Positions 38,718-49,381 are shown, numbered from the stretch's first letter. The stretch is DNA of 64,000 nt from a bacterium (GCA_965218795.1 OZ244653.1:64001-128000); one strand, 5' to 3'. The notes: a model not told the origin generated them from the letters alone. Made by a program: numbers and translations.

Positions 38718-39371
38718 ATGAAAATCTATAGACAAATGGTGTTTCTGTTTTTGGTGGTGGGGGTAGTCGCTTGCAAGCCTGATAAAGCAGAGATTGAGTT
38801 ATACACCACGGACATTAGAGCTGCGATCGAGGGAAAGGTCATCGAGATACCGACAGCTTTCGAATTTAAGCTATTGGGAGATGATGAAAAAGGAGAGCTT
38901 GGAAAAGCCCGTGTCGCTGCGATGAAATATCTCTCCGAAGAATCAACTATTGAAATAACAGATGGAGATTTCGGAAAAGTGATGTCTCTAAAAACCACTA
39001 TGCCCTTGGGCATCCGGGAGAATCTGGACCGCTACCTACAGACGAATGCTCGATTGGTCGCGGTTATGATAACCAACAATAAGATAGAATTACATCCTAC
39101 ACGCTACCTGAAAAAACTCAACGATGATTTGAAAGGTATCAACTTCATGCTAAGTGCGGAACTCCCAGCATCCACTACCAATATACGCATTATAGGGGAT
39201 GACCGAAAGCCGTTAATAATTTTAGCGGGGGCTGTCTTCGTCAACCGCGTGGCTCATCTTGCCTTTAATACGAACGTAAAGAGGAGAACGACAGTGATCC
39301 TAGAATTCAAAGGCGGGAAAGGTAGTATCTACTCCCAACTTCCAATTCAAATCGATATTCTTAATCCGTAA
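38718..39371 (+). CDS. Hypothetical lipoprotein, low GC
   Basis: Strong RBS (GGGGAGGAG), lipobox VVAC, visibly AT-rich codon usage. Confidence 0.75.
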   Translation: MKIYRQMVFLFLVVGVVACKPDKAEIELYTTDIRAAIEGKVIEIPTAFEFKLLGDDEKGELGKARVAAMKYLSEESTIEITDGDFGKVMSLKTTMPLGIRENLDRYLQTNARLVAVMITNNKIELHPTRYLKKLNDDLKGINFMLSAELPASTTNIRIIGDDRKPLIILAGAVFVNRVAHLAFNTNVKRRTTVILEFKGGKGSIYSQLPIQIDILNP

Positions 39372-39391
39372 GAACGGATTCTACTCTTGCT

Positions 39392-39421
39392 GGATTCTCG
39401 GGGATTCTCGGGGATTCTGGG
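39392..39421. repeat. Tandem 10-mer GGATTCTCGG x3 leading into the element end
   Basis: GGATTCTCGG GGATTCTCGG GGATTCTGGG. Confidence 0.7.
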
Positions 39422-39655
39422 GACACCATCCTTAATGAATGACTGTGGGATTGGGGTGCCGTAGCGTCCGGGCATGGCAAGGACCGCACGGGTCCTTGCG
39501 CCAGGGTTCCCCCATCATGTGAGTCAACGGCGCATCTCTCAGGCAGGGGCAACGCTCGGGTGAGGGTCCAGCCCCTGCTGGCAAGGGTCGAGCCCTGGAG
39601 GGACTTTCTTCCGGGTGAGGTGTCCGAGGAAGAAAGCATAAGCATATATAATTTA

Positions 39656-40390
39656 TGGGTCATGCCTAGCTGATGTGATTTTCTCGCAGGTAGGTTAACA
39701 GGGTTTTGTATTTGTTGGAATGGCGATAATTGTAGCGCCACTCGGTTTCTTTGAGATGGAGGTGGAAGGTGTGTTTGGGCAGGCCCTTGAATTTTGCCAG
39801 CCGAACCTTGGCCAGTCCCCAGAAGCCTTCGATGCCGTTGATGTGGACGGCACCGCAAGTGAACTCATCAAAGCAATGGTCGACCCGGAAGTGGCCGTAT
39901 CCGAGCTCGACCAAGCCGTTGTAGCCACGCCAGTTGTCCGTGTTGACGACGGTGTTCAGGTCCACCTTGCCGCGGATGATCCCTTGCAGTGTGGGCTTTG
40001 AGCAATCCGAGACGATCTCCGTATAGACCTGTCCCTCACGTTCGAAGATACCAAAGACGGTCGTTTTGCCATAGGCTCCACGCCCGCGCCTGCCCTTCAC
40101 GCGGCGAGTGCCGAAGAGACTTTCGTCTACCTCGACCACACCGAACACAGGGCGTTGCGCCTCACAAGCTAGCAGGATGCGTTCCCGCAGAGCGCGGTAT
40201 AGACGGTTCACCGTGTTCCGGTTCAATCCGCTCAACTCGGCCGCCTGGACAGCGGTGAGAGCTGCGGCGAAATACCGAACGGCTTCACGGACTTTGGCCT
40301 CGGAAATCCTTGAACGCCTCGCATACTTGTTTTTCATTGTCATACATAGCATTCTGGAGTAAAGCTCGACTCTCAGCTAGGCATGACCCA
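39656..40390 (-). mobile_element. IS1595-family insertion sequence (IS1016-like size, 735 bp)
   Basis: Perfect 18-bp terminal IR TGGGTCATGCCTAGCTGA / TCAGCTAGGCATGACCCA. TAATTTA is directly repeated on both flanks (39649-39655, 40391-40397). Confidence 0.93.
39666..40337 (-). CDS. IS1595-family (ISXO2-like) transposase
   Basis: VEVDESLFG, GRRGRGAYGK, NTDNWRGY, HINGIEGFW, HLKETEWRYN. Confidence 0.94.
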   Translation of the reverse strand: MKNKYARRSRISEAKVREAVRYFAAALTAVQAAELSGLNRNTVNRLYRALRERILLACEAQRPVFGVVEVDESLFGTRRVKGRRGRGAYGKTTVFGIFEREGQVYTEIVSDCSKPTLQGIIRGKVDLNTVVNTDNWRGYNGLVELGYGHFRVDHCFDEFTCGAVHINGIEGFWGLAKVRLAKFKGLPKHTFHLHLKETEWRYNYRHSNKYKTLLTYLRENHIS

Positions 40391-40440
40391 TAATTTAAAT
40401 TTAAGTATGGTGCCACCTAGATATCGGAGGCCCGACGCTC

Positions 40441-41669
40441 ATGTGCAATCTGTATGCTCGTCTTGTGAAGCTTGTGAAGAAAGTCGAAGACTTCCGGACC
40501 GAGGCATTGGCCGATCTCTTGGAACGGCTTCTCAGCAAAGACCGTGAAAAAAACACTACAAGATTTCAGGAGTTCGTTTCAGAAGTACTGCTCGCCGAAC
40601 CGACGGACGAAGCCCGGAAAGCATGCTTTCTGAATATGTTGGATAATTCGCTGGCCGATCTTTCGATTGAGACGCAACACCGAATTCCCCAAGGGCGAAT
40701 ACCGGACATCGTAGTCTTCAACGGAGACCGTCCGATTTTCATTGTTGAGGTCAAGATTGGTGCGAAGATTGGAGGCGGGCAACTGGAGGATTCCGGTGCT
40801 TTCCTCGAAGCCGAAGCCGATGGGAATCCAACCGCGCTTGTCCTGTTGACGCATAGCACTCCAGCCCCGGACGAATTCACCGATCCGGCGTGTAATGACT
40901 ATCATGTAAGCCTCCGAAGTGTAGCGTCCTGGAACAACACCGCAGCATGGTTCGAAAACTTTCCCATGAAGGAAATGGCGTTGATGAGCCGTTGAAGGAC
41001 CGGACCCGCGAGTTCAGCGAATTCTTGAAGGAGTACAACATGCCTACGCTCGATGATTTTGCAATAGCCCGGCTCTACCTTGCGGACTCACATGATGCGC
41101 TCACCGGAGCCGTTGAAAGCATGGGAGATGGATATAAGTTTCCGAATGGTTGGGGGGAATGGAGGAATAGGAATGTAGATGATAGTGGTATTGAGCACAA
41201 ACCGGTTGGACTTTGTAAATGGTACAAGTACGATCAAAATGAGCAATATATTGGCTACGGGCTCTGCTTCAAGCCGGTAGATAAGAATGATCGATATCTC
41301 CGCGGTTTCAAGCGCTACGAAGTTTATGCTCTCAATAATCCAAAACCAATCGAGGACGGATTCTATGCATTTGTGTGTGTTGTCGGACCGTCTGGCCAAT
41401 GGCAGAAAATCGCTGGATATTCGGAGAAGAGACAATGGTATGAGCACAATGAGGCTGGCGAGTTAACCCCGGCCAAAAACGGTCCGGATGTTGATTCAAG
41501 GGGGTACTGGTACTATAACGAAGTCGGCGACCGCGAAGCCTCCTACGCAAAAATATGCCCAATACAGGAATTGCTTGATAGTGACTTCCGTATCGGCAAC
41601 AATCTGAAAGACTGGACGCATGAAGTTTTAGGGGGCGCCCTTGAACTCTGGAAAGCGCTTCCCAAATGA
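40441..41669 (+). CDS. PD-(D/E)XK nuclease-family protein, apparent -1 frameshift near 40955
   Basis: EDFRTEAL, IETQ, RIPDIVV, IVEVKI, QL. ORFs 40441-40995 and 40947-41669 join if the A4 in TTCGAAAACTT is A5. Low-GC C-terminal half. Confidence 0.72.
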
Positions 41670-41728
41670 CGAACGAATTTCTCCGAATGCCGGTCTTGAC
41701 TCGGCAATCCGGCCCCTGACCGAAGTCT

Positions 41729-42615
41729 GTCATTCCCGCCTGTCTGCGTGCACCGCACAGGCAGGCGCAAGCATGGCCCGGAAACCCCTCCCCCCTTGAG
41801 GGGGAGCGGCTGGGGTGGGGGGAGCGGCTTCAATGAGGCCGGAACAATCCTGTCTCGCCCCCCCCTGACGCTTGCCCTCGAATGCTTTAATCGGGGGTGG
41901 GAATCCAGACAATGGACCCCTGCCTGCGCAGGGGTGACAAGCCAGAGCCTGCCTCCGGCCCCCCCCTGAAAAAGACCCTGGAAAGGCCCTGGGAATCGCC
42001 GTGAAAAGCCCCTGAAAGGGACGTGCATCGACCCTGCTCGATGCCGGGGCGTTGCCTGAGAAGACGGCCGGCCAGGGGCACATTCTCACTGGACATAACG
42101 GCGCGCCAGCACCTTCGCAGACCGTTCTGGCCCCGGCCTTGGGCGTAGCGTGGAGTCAGCAAATGCCTCGCCGTTGCGATCCCCCTGGCGGACTGCCCGG
42201 GATGAATCCCCCCCTTGATGGAAGCATTCGAGGATATGCTTTCGCGGGTATGGCGGGTCGGGAGGTTCGAGAGCGCATGTCTGTCATTCCTGCCCCCGAT
42301 AGAAGCCTTCGGGGACAGGCTGCGGCAGGAATCCATGGGGCAGCTCTCCGGTTTTGGTACACCCCGGCGGATTTTTTTGATCTCCCGAAACCCATGAAAC
42401 AAAATAAAAACGAAAATCCCCTTGGCGGGTTGTGGCAGAGAGCCCATATTACTGCGTAAGTTGAACGAAAATGATCGGGACCGGCGCGGGTTGGGGCGGT
42501 CATTCCCGCCCCAGATGGAAACTTTCCAGAGCAGGCTACAACAGGAATCCAGGCAACATAGGGCGGGTTGCGAGGGAAGGTTCTGGACGAGTACCTGTCT
42601 GCCGACAAGGCAGGC
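41729..42615. repeat. Mosaic of palindromic REP-like repeats
   Basis: Several GTCATTCC(C/T)GC...GGAATCC hairpins, CCTGTCTGC...GCAGG, CCCCTCCCCCTTGAGGGGGAG, and a GAAAAGCCCCTGAAAGGGACGTGCATCGACC block related to 48277-48391 and 54887-55321. Confidence 0.72.
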
Positions 42616-42781
42616 CTGAAGTTCTCCAACACCGAGCGCCCTCAACAGGGCTGTCGCAACATGGGGAGGCGACCGATCGACACGGTCAGGAAGTTTATCC
42701 AACCTGCGAGGAAAGAAGGTTAAGATGACACATTGGGGTCTCATTGACGGGCGAGACCAGACGTTCGAAGGGGGATAGAAA

Positions 42782-43678
42782 ATGATCATTGACAGCCATT
42801 CGCACATCGGTGAGTACGGAGGCGTTTGGAGCGAGAAGATGGTGGACTCTTTGATGCCCCAGTTCGGCCGGTGGGATTACTGGATGGAGCCAAGCCGGAA
42901 GTGGCGTCGCGAGGATTTTCACATCGACCCCGACCGATACGTCGAATACATGGACAGGATCGGAGTCGATATGGCCGTTATCTTTGGGTTGGCGATCACT
43001 CATCTGGAATGCACAACGACCGCCGAGTATGTGGCCGACATCGTTGCTCGCTATCCGGACCGCTTTATCGGGTTTCACGTCGTTGATCCGATTGGGGGCC
43101 GCAAGGCCGTGGAAGAGATCGATCACGCGGTGAAGGACCTGGGTCTGAAGGGCATCAAAATCTTTCCGGCCTACAACGAGGTTGCGCCCAACGATCCCCG
43201 CATCTTCCCCATCTACGAAAGATGCCTCGCGCTCGACGTTCCCATCACTGTTCATATGGGCTACACAACGACCGCGAGAGCGCTGCTGGAATTCCAAAGG
43301 CCGACCCTTTTGGATGAAGTCGGGCTCCACTTCCCCGGCCTCAAGCTGATCGTCGCTCACTTGGGCTGCCACTGGTCTTACGAGACCTTGATGCTCATGG
43401 AAAAATATCCCAGCATTTGTGCGGATGCCTCCATGATCTATTTCCCAATCGATCATGTCGCGAGAACCTTGTCCTGGGCGAAACATTTCGGGAGTATCAC
43501 TCGGATTCTCTACGGTTCCGACTACCCGTTGCTGGACCCCGAAGCGGGAATTCAGTTGTTCCGGAGAGTTCCCGAATACACGGAGAAAGCGGGCATCGAG
43601 CCTGCGGTAACGGACGAAGATATCGATTGGGTGCTGGGTCGGAATGCAGCGCAATTCTTCAACGTGGAAGCGGCTTAG
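42782..43678 (+). CDS. Amidohydrolase_2 family protein
   Basis: IIDSHSH, YPDRFIGF, GLKGIKI, HMG, AHLG, ILYGSDYP. Confidence 0.9.
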   Translation: MIIDSHSHIGEYGGVWSEKMVDSLMPQFGRWDYWMEPSRKWRREDFHIDPDRYVEYMDRIGVDMAVIFGLAITHLECTTTAEYVADIVARYPDRFIGFHVVDPIGGRKAVEEIDHAVKDLGLKGIKIFPAYNEVAPNDPRIFPIYERCLALDVPITVHMGYTTTARALLEFQRPTLLDEVGLHFPGLKLIVAHLGCHWSYETLMLMEKYPSICADASMIYFPIDHVARTLSWAKHFGSITRILYGSDYPLLDPEAGIQLFRRVPEYTEKAGIEPAVTDEDIDWVLGRNAAQFFNVEAA

Positions 43679-43954
43679 AGGGGAATTTCAAAAATTCGAG
43701 GTGATGTCTGGACGGAGCTGAATTGGCCCCAGTTCGGGTGATCCATTCGGAAATCTCCGTTTCCGAGGAACGAAGCACCGGGTGATGGAGAAAGCCATAG
43801 CGCCCTCCTCCACAGGGGAAAATTCCTGATGGAACGTATTCCCTGCACGCAACAAGAACGAGTGACGCTGATGTAAAATCTTGCAGGACGAGTCCCGAGA
43901 AATTTCCCGAATGCGAAGTCAAGAACCGGCCCCGATCATTCAGGAGAAATCCCG

Positions 43955-44992
43955 ATGGATGAGACCCAACTCTGGCCCGCGCTGCGCGAATACTGGCATC
44001 CGGTCTGCTGGTCCAAGGAGGCGACGGACAAGCCGCTGGCCGTCAAGCTGCTGGATGAACGCGTCGTCGTGTGTCGGATCAACGGGGAGGCTCGCGCGTT
44101 CCACGACCTCTGCATCCACCGCGGCACCCCCCTTTCCCTGGGATGGGTGGAGGGCGGGCATATTGTCTGCGCCTATCACGGCTGGGCCTATGACGCCGAG
44201 GGCAAATGCACGCGAATCCCTTCGATTCCCCCGGAGCACCCCATCCCGAAAAAAGCCTGTCTGACAGCCTATCCCGCCCAGGAGGCCTACGGGATCGTTT
44301 GGGTTTGCCTGTCGGACAAACCGCGCGCGCCCATCCCTGAATTCCATCTGGACGAGAACCCGGACTACCGAATCTTCTTCCGGCAGAGGAAATTCTGGAA
44401 GTGCAGCGCCGCCCGCTCCGTCGAGAACTTCTTCGATTTCGGGCACTTCCCCTGGGTGCACGAGGGAATTCTGGGCGAACGCGACCATACCCTGGTCTCG
44501 GAAACGGAGTTCCAACGAGACGGCGAATCGCTGACGTTCGCGTTGCCCCCTGACGGGGTGCAAACAATCCCCCAACCTCGCAACTACCGCGTGACCCGTC
44601 CCTTCACCATCTTTCAGTGGAATGCGGATGAGAGCGTCAAAACCGATGCATTCTTCTATGCGGTCACTCCCCACTCCATCAACGAGAGCACCCGGTATTT
44701 GCTGATTACCCGAAACTACGACCTGGATGCGCCGGAAGTGAAACACGGCCCGGCCTGGATTGACCAAAGGGATATGTGGCTGGAGGACAAGGAATACGAC
44801 GGCGGGATCCCGGAACACATCAGGACGAAGGATCTCATCGCCGACCAGGACGTGCCCATCGTCAGCAACCAGCGCCCCTGGGAATTGCCCCTGGATCTAT
44901 CCGAAGAGCTCCATCTCAAAACGCCGGACGCCGTGGCCGTGCACTACCGCCGGTTCATGCGGAAATTGGGCGTGGACGTGGATGCGGGTTAG
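43955..44992 (+). CDS. Rieske non-heme iron oxygenase alpha subunit (VanA/Ndm demethylase-like)
   Basis: CIHRG...CAYHGW Rieske motif, ENFFDFGHFPWVH mononuclear iron site, distal QD. Confidence 0.92.
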   Translation: MDETQLWPALREYWHPVCWSKEATDKPLAVKLLDERVVVCRINGEARAFHDLCIHRGTPLSLGWVEGGHIVCAYHGWAYDAEGKCTRIPSIPPEHPIPKKACLTAYPAQEAYGIVWVCLSDKPRAPIPEFHLDENPDYRIFFRQRKFWKCSAARSVENFFDFGHFPWVHEGILGERDHTLVSETEFQRDGESLTFALPPDGVQTIPQPRNYRVTRPFTIFQWNADESVKTDAFFYAVTPHSINESTRYLLITRNYDLDAPEVKHGPAWIDQRDMWLEDKEYDGGIPEHIRTKDLIADQDVPIVSNQRPWELPLDLSEELHLKTPDAVAVHYRRFMRKLGVDVDAG

Positions 44993-45335
44993 CCGGGCCC
45001 GGTGGAAACGCGCCGCCCCGTTTTCACGGTGCGTCCGGCCGGCAAGTCGAGCGGTTTCAGTCCGTGACTGTTCAGTCATTGACTGTTCATCGAAGGGCTG
45101 CCCGTACCGGAGCGGCCTTGAAACTCTTTTCTTGACGCCGAATCAGGGCGCCGGTTGCGGCTTGCCCGCCAGTGCCGCCTCTTTCAATTCAACACCTTGG
45201 GATGCCCAAACCATGGCGCAGTTTGCTCGTTGACATGGATCCGGGATTGCATGAACATGAACCCAAATGACAGGCTTGTGACGATCAAGGCGGGTGAAAA
45301 GGAAACGACCATCATCTGAAGGAATGGAGGGGACG

Positions 45336-46337
45336 ATGAAAGGCCAGATACGTTGTAAACAGTTTTTGACGGGCCTGCTCGCGATCGCAGTGGTGATGGG
45401 TCTCCTTCTCGGCCCCGCCGTGGCGGCGAAGAAGCTCCGCATTGCCATTGGGTTCAACGGCTCCATCAAGGACAAGGGTTGGTACGAAGGGGCGCATAAG
45501 GCAGTCCAGCGGCTCAAGAAGGACCCGGCCGTGGTTGAAGTCGTCTATCATGAGAACATCAAGAACGCCGACATCGAAGGGGCCATGCGGCGTTGGGCGG
45601 TGGAGGGGTTCAACCTCATCTTCGGCCACAGTTACGAGTTTGGAGAGCCGGCCCGAAAGCTGGCCAAGGAGTTTCCCAACACGATTTTCGCCATCCCCTT
45701 CTTTTTCAAGACGAAAGGGTTTCCCAATGTGGTGAATTACGGGACCCAGTCTTTGGACATCGTGTTTGCGGCGGGTTCGCTGGCGGCGTTGATGAGCAAG
45801 AGCAAGAAGATTGGGGTCATCGGTGGGCACCCGGTTCCGCATAAGATTGCCGAACACAACGGCTACAAGCTGGGGGCGCGGCACGTGGTGCCGGATATCC
45901 AGGTCACGAGTGTGTACATCAACGATTGGTTTGACGCCTCCAAGGCGAAGGAGGCGGCGATCGCGATGATCGAGCAAGGAGTGGACGTTGTCTACACGAC
46001 CGCCAGCCCGATGGGCATCGGCGCGATCTACGGCGCGCAGGTAAAGGGGGTGAACGCCATCGGGACGTACATGGACTGGAGCACCCTGGCGCCGGACACC
46101 GTGATATCGAGTGTGGTTTACGTCTGGGACGTTCCAATGCAACAGATGGTCAAAGACATGAAGCGGGGCAAGGTTGGAAAGGAGTACCTGCTGGGGGTAG
46201 CGGCCGGCGCAGCGAAACTGGCGCCGTTCAGCAAGAAGGTTCCCCGCGATGTGGCCGAGAAGGTCCGGGCGGTGGAGGAAGGCATCAAGGCCGGCAAGAT
46301 CAAGGTGCCCTACTTGCCAAAGAAGGAGATCGGCTGA
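45336..46337 (+). CDS. BMP-family substrate-binding protein (orphan)
   Basis: Signal peptide, IKDKGWY, LIFGHSYEF, WFDASKAKEAA, GVDVV. Confidence 0.88.
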   Translation: MKGQIRCKQFLTGLLAIAVVMGLLLGPAVAAKKLRIAIGFNGSIKDKGWYEGAHKAVQRLKKDPAVVEVVYHENIKNADIEGAMRRWAVEGFNLIFGHSYEFGEPARKLAKEFPNTIFAIPFFFKTKGFPNVVNYGTQSLDIVFAAGSLAALMSKSKKIGVIGGHPVPHKIAEHNGYKLGARHVVPDIQVTSVYINDWFDASKAKEAAIAMIEQGVDVVYTTASPMGIGAIYGAQVKGVNAIGTYMDWSTLAPDTVISSVVYVWDVPMQQMVKDMKRGKVGKEYLLGVAAGAAKLAPFSKKVPRDVAEKVRAVEEGIKAGKIKVPYLPKKEIG

Positions 46338-46507
46338 CGCGTTGGCGGGTTGCGGAAAAACGAACTTCAGGGGCGTGAAACGCCCTCGGGTGTCATTCCG
46401 GCGGCGGTGATGAATTCCCGCCGGAGTGAGCCCGATTCACCAACCTGTCAACTGTATTCTGATCCGTCCAGCCCGGTCCGGAGAGGGCGGCCTTGTTCGT
46501 GTGCCCG

Positions 46508-48019
46508 TCAGCTTTCGGCCTTCATGAAGTCGGACAGGCGTTCTCCGATCATGAGGCACGCCGTGTTGGTATGGCAATGGGGGACGACGGGCATGACCGA
46601 GGCGTCGGCGACCCACAAATTCGACATCCCGTGAACCCGCAGGTGCTGGTCCACCACGGCCCGGTCGTTCGTGCCGGGTCCCATGGCGCACGTTCCCACA
46701 CCGTGATGAAAGCTTTCGAATGTGGTGCGGGCGAATTTCGCGAAATCCTCTCCCGGAGCCGGATGCATCAGCGGACCGTAGTATTCCCGCATGGGTTCGG
46801 TCCGGGTGAGTCCGACGACAAACTCCATGGCCGAGACCATGGCCTGGATGTCCGCCGGGTCCTCCAGCATTTCGGATTCGACGGTCGGGAGCTCACGGGG
46901 ATCCCGACTGTTGAGGATGATCCTGCCGCGCGCCCGGTGCTCCAGAAGGTTGATCATCATGGGCATGATGGGGGTCAGGCCCTCGATGATCGTGGATTGC
47001 CGCATCAGGATGTGAAAGTCCAGAACTTCCCGGATCGGGTCGCTTTTGAAATTCAGCATGAAACCCGGAACAATCCAGTCCTCCTGATGATCCTTCTCGC
47101 CTTCGAAGTTCATGACGATGGAGGCGTGATCCTGATAATTCTCCCCGACGCCTTCCATGGCATGGGCCACGGAGACCCCCAGGCCCTCCAGGACGGCCGG
47201 AGGACCGATGCCGGATAGCATCAGGATCTGTGGGCTGTGGTAGACGCCGGCGCTCAAGACCACCTGCTCCCCCAAGACGGTATGGACCTGCCCGTCTTTC
47301 TCGTAACGGACACCGGTCACCCGATCGCCCTGGATGTCCAGGCCGATGACCCGGGCGTCCGCCAAGATAGTGAGGTTCGGCCTTGAGCGCGCGGGGTCCA
47401 GGTAGGCGACGACGGCGGATTGGCGTCGGTCGTTCTTCACACAATGGGCCGTCGCGGAGACACCGTAGGGGGAAGGGACGTTCTGGTCCGGGCAGATGGG
47501 CAGTCCCAGGCTGGTCACGCCATCGACAAACGCCTGCTGCTGGTCATCCGGGATGGCGTCAAAGCTGCATCCCCGCTTCACGTACAGGGGCCCCCCCTGG
47601 CCGTGGAGCTCGGTTTCGCCGTAATCCTGGTCGGTCTCAATCCTCATCAGGACGGGTAAGGCGCGCTCCCAAGACCATTCGGAGTTTCCCAGGCGCACCC
47701 AGTTGTCGAAATCCGCGCGGATGGGCCGGATCACCGACATGAAGTTCACGGACGACCCTCCGCCCATGATGAGCCCCGCAAGGGAGTAGAAGACGCTTCC
47801 GTCGAGTTTTCTCGGGGTGGGATAGAGCCCGAGGTAGGGACTTTCCATCAGGATATTCACAACCCGCCGAGGGTCCGCGATGATCTCGGGCAGGGGCTGT
47901 GGATCCGGCGAGGCGTTCAGGAGCAGGACCTGCCTCCGGGGGTCTTCGGACATCCGGGAGGCGGCCACACAGCCCGTCGAGCCCCCTCCCACGATGATCA
48001 CGTCATAGGAATTCGGCAT
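46508..48019 (-). CDS. GMC-family oxidoreductase (choline dehydrogenase-like)
   Basis: VGGGSTG, MGGGSSVN, SPQILMLSGIG, GVGENYQDH, HHGVGTCAMG, VADASVMP. Confidence 0.92.
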   Translation of the reverse strand: MPNSYDVIIVGGGSTGCVAASRMSEDPRRQVLLLNASPDPQPLPEIIADPRRVVNILMESPYLGLYPTPRKLDGSVFYSLAGLIMGGGSSVNFMSVIRPIRADFDNWVRLGNSEWSWERALPVLMRIETDQDYGETELHGQGGPLYVKRGCSFDAIPDDQQQAFVDGVTSLGLPICPDQNVPSPYGVSATAHCVKNDRRQSAVVAYLDPARSRPNLTILADARVIGLDIQGDRVTGVRYEKDGQVHTVLGEQVVLSAGVYHSPQILMLSGIGPPAVLEGLGVSVAHAMEGVGENYQDHASIVMNFEGEKDHQEDWIVPGFMLNFKSDPIREVLDFHILMRQSTIIEGLTPIMPMMINLLEHRARGRIILNSRDPRELPTVESEMLEDPADIQAMVSAMEFVVGLTRTEPMREYYGPLMHPAPGEDFAKFARTTFESFHHGVGTCAMGPGTNDRAVVDQHLRVHGMSNLWVADASVMPVVPHCHTNTACLMIGERLSDFMKAES

Positions 48020-48276
48020 GAGACACCCTCCCTCCCGTCAAGCATAGACGAGCCACAGTGAATCCCCAACCCCGGAGAGGATGACATTGCAACCTCATGA
48101 AAAGCAACGGGTGACTGTTTCATCACGAAAACACGCTTTTGATTTGGTTATCCGGACCGAAGATCAGCGTACGCTGCCCAGCACGCCATAGATTCCGGCT
48201 TCAAGAGCATAGTCCGCAGATTCCTTGCAGCGTAGCGAAAATCATCGAGAACGGGATCGGAATTTATCTTTAAACG

Positions 48277-48391
48277 GTCTGGAAACAGCCATGAAATGCC
48301 CTTGCAAGGGCGTTGCAAGGGGCGTGCATGGACCGCTCACCCCACCGGCTCGGCTGCGCCTTGCCGACTCCCCTCAAGGGGGGAGTGATTG
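48277..48391. repeat. Copy of the composite repeat seen at 54887-55321
   Basis: GCCCTTGCAAGGGCGTTGCAAGGGGCGTGCATGGACCGC...CCACCGG...TTGCCGACTCCCCTCAAGGGGGAGTGATTGA. Confidence 0.8.
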
Positions 48392-48626
48392 ACGGACCAG
48401 GGGCGGGTTCTCGCCGGACATGACGGCATGACTGGCCAGAGCGCAGCGGCGATCGTGAAACCGAAGCTTGCCGAGTCTGGCATCCGCGCAGACCGAACGC
48501 CAGCATGTCCTGTCCGTATATGGCGGCCGCTTCCCCTGATGTAGTCTCACGGGTCCAGTTGATCCTGCTCATCGCGATACGAGGCGATGAAACCGGACGG
48601 AAGTCATTCTCGGAGTGAAGTCATGC

Positions 48627-48655
48627 TTGACGAATGTAGTCAATGATGACAACAT
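48627..48655 (+). promoter_or_regulatory. TA promoter with inverted-repeat operator
   Basis: TTGACG - 17 bp - CAACAT, overlapped by ATGTAGTCA-ATGA-TGACAACAT (8/9 inverted match), directly before the toxin gene. Confidence 0.62.
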
Positions 48656-49015
48656 ATGCGCATGAGCGAGGACACGCGGCCGATTGGGTGGGTCCGGGCA
48701 GCGCGCAAGGCTTACGAGACGTTCCCCGTGACCGTTCGGGACCGCGTCAACACCGCTCTGACCATCGCCGCGGAGGGGGGGAGCAAGGCGGACATCGCCA
48801 AGCCGCTCAAGGGCCTTGGATCGGGCGTCATGGAGATTGTCGTGCGTTCCCGGACCGATGCCTACCGCGTGGTCTATGTCACGGAAGTTGCAGGAAAGCT
48901 GTGGGTGATTCACGCGTTTCAGAAGAAATCGAAGACGGGGATCAGGACCCCGAAAGCCGAGATCGACCTCGTCCGCGCTCGGCTGGGACGATTGAGAAAG
49001 GAACTGCTGCCATGA
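48656..49015 (+). CDS. RelE/ParE-family toxin (Gp49-like)
   Basis: AKPLKGLGSGVMEI...DAYRVVYV...LWVIHAFQKKSKTGIRTPKAEIDLV. Confidence 0.92.
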   Translation: MRMSEDTRPIGWVRAARKAYETFPVTVRDRVNTALTIAAEGGSKADIAKPLKGLGSGVMEIVVRSRTDAYRVVYVTEVAGKLWVIHAFQKKSKTGIRTPKAEIDLVRARLGRLRKELLP

Positions 49016-49341
49016 ACGAGAGCGACTTCGAACTGGTTGAGGGAAGCGGAAATGTCTTTCGCGACTTCGGTGATCCTCACGCGGACCTGAAACAGGCCAA
49101 GGCGATTCTCGCGGCCCGTATCATCGCGGTGCTGGATGACCGCGGGCTCACGGTGCGAAAGGCCGCGAGCATGACCGGGTTCGCCGCGGCGGATTTTTCG
49201 CGCATCCGCAACGCCGCTCTCGGGCGTTTCACGCTGGACCGACTGATGAAAATGCTCGCAGCGCTCGACGGCGGTCTGCGGGTGACGCTGCAAGTCGAGG
49301 CGCGAAATGAGGGCGATGCGGCGCTGGCGAATTGGGGCTAA
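49012..49341 (+). CDS. XRE-family (HTH_37) antitoxin
   Basis: GSGNVFRDFG, LTVRKAA..TGFAAADFSRIRNA.LGRFTLDRL. ATG overlaps the toxin stop. Confidence 0.92.
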   Translation: MNESDFELVEGSGNVFRDFGDPHADLKQAKAILAARIIAVLDDRGLTVRKAASMTGFAAADFSRIRNAALGRFTLDRLMKMLAALDGGLRVTLQVEARNEGDAALANWG

Positions 49342-49381
49342 CGTGCCTGAAGGCTTGGTCGAAAGGGATACAAAGCTTTTC

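Larger units (their letters stand above)
39420..40418 (+). mobile_element. Internally deleted RAYT/Y1-transposase element, interrupted by IS1595
   Basis: Left end GGGACACCATCCTTAAT. ATG 39474 gives MARTARVLAPGFPHHVSQR (RAYT N-terminus), followed by VRVQPLLARVEPWRDFL..VSEEE (late-region-like). Inverted end TTAAGTATGGTG at 40401-40412. Confidence 0.68.

Noticed and set aside
48490-48572. Possible AhpD/peroxidase-related N-terminal fragment (MSRINWTRETTSGEAAAIY)
   Set aside because: Too short and no CxxC motif follows; cannot be supported.
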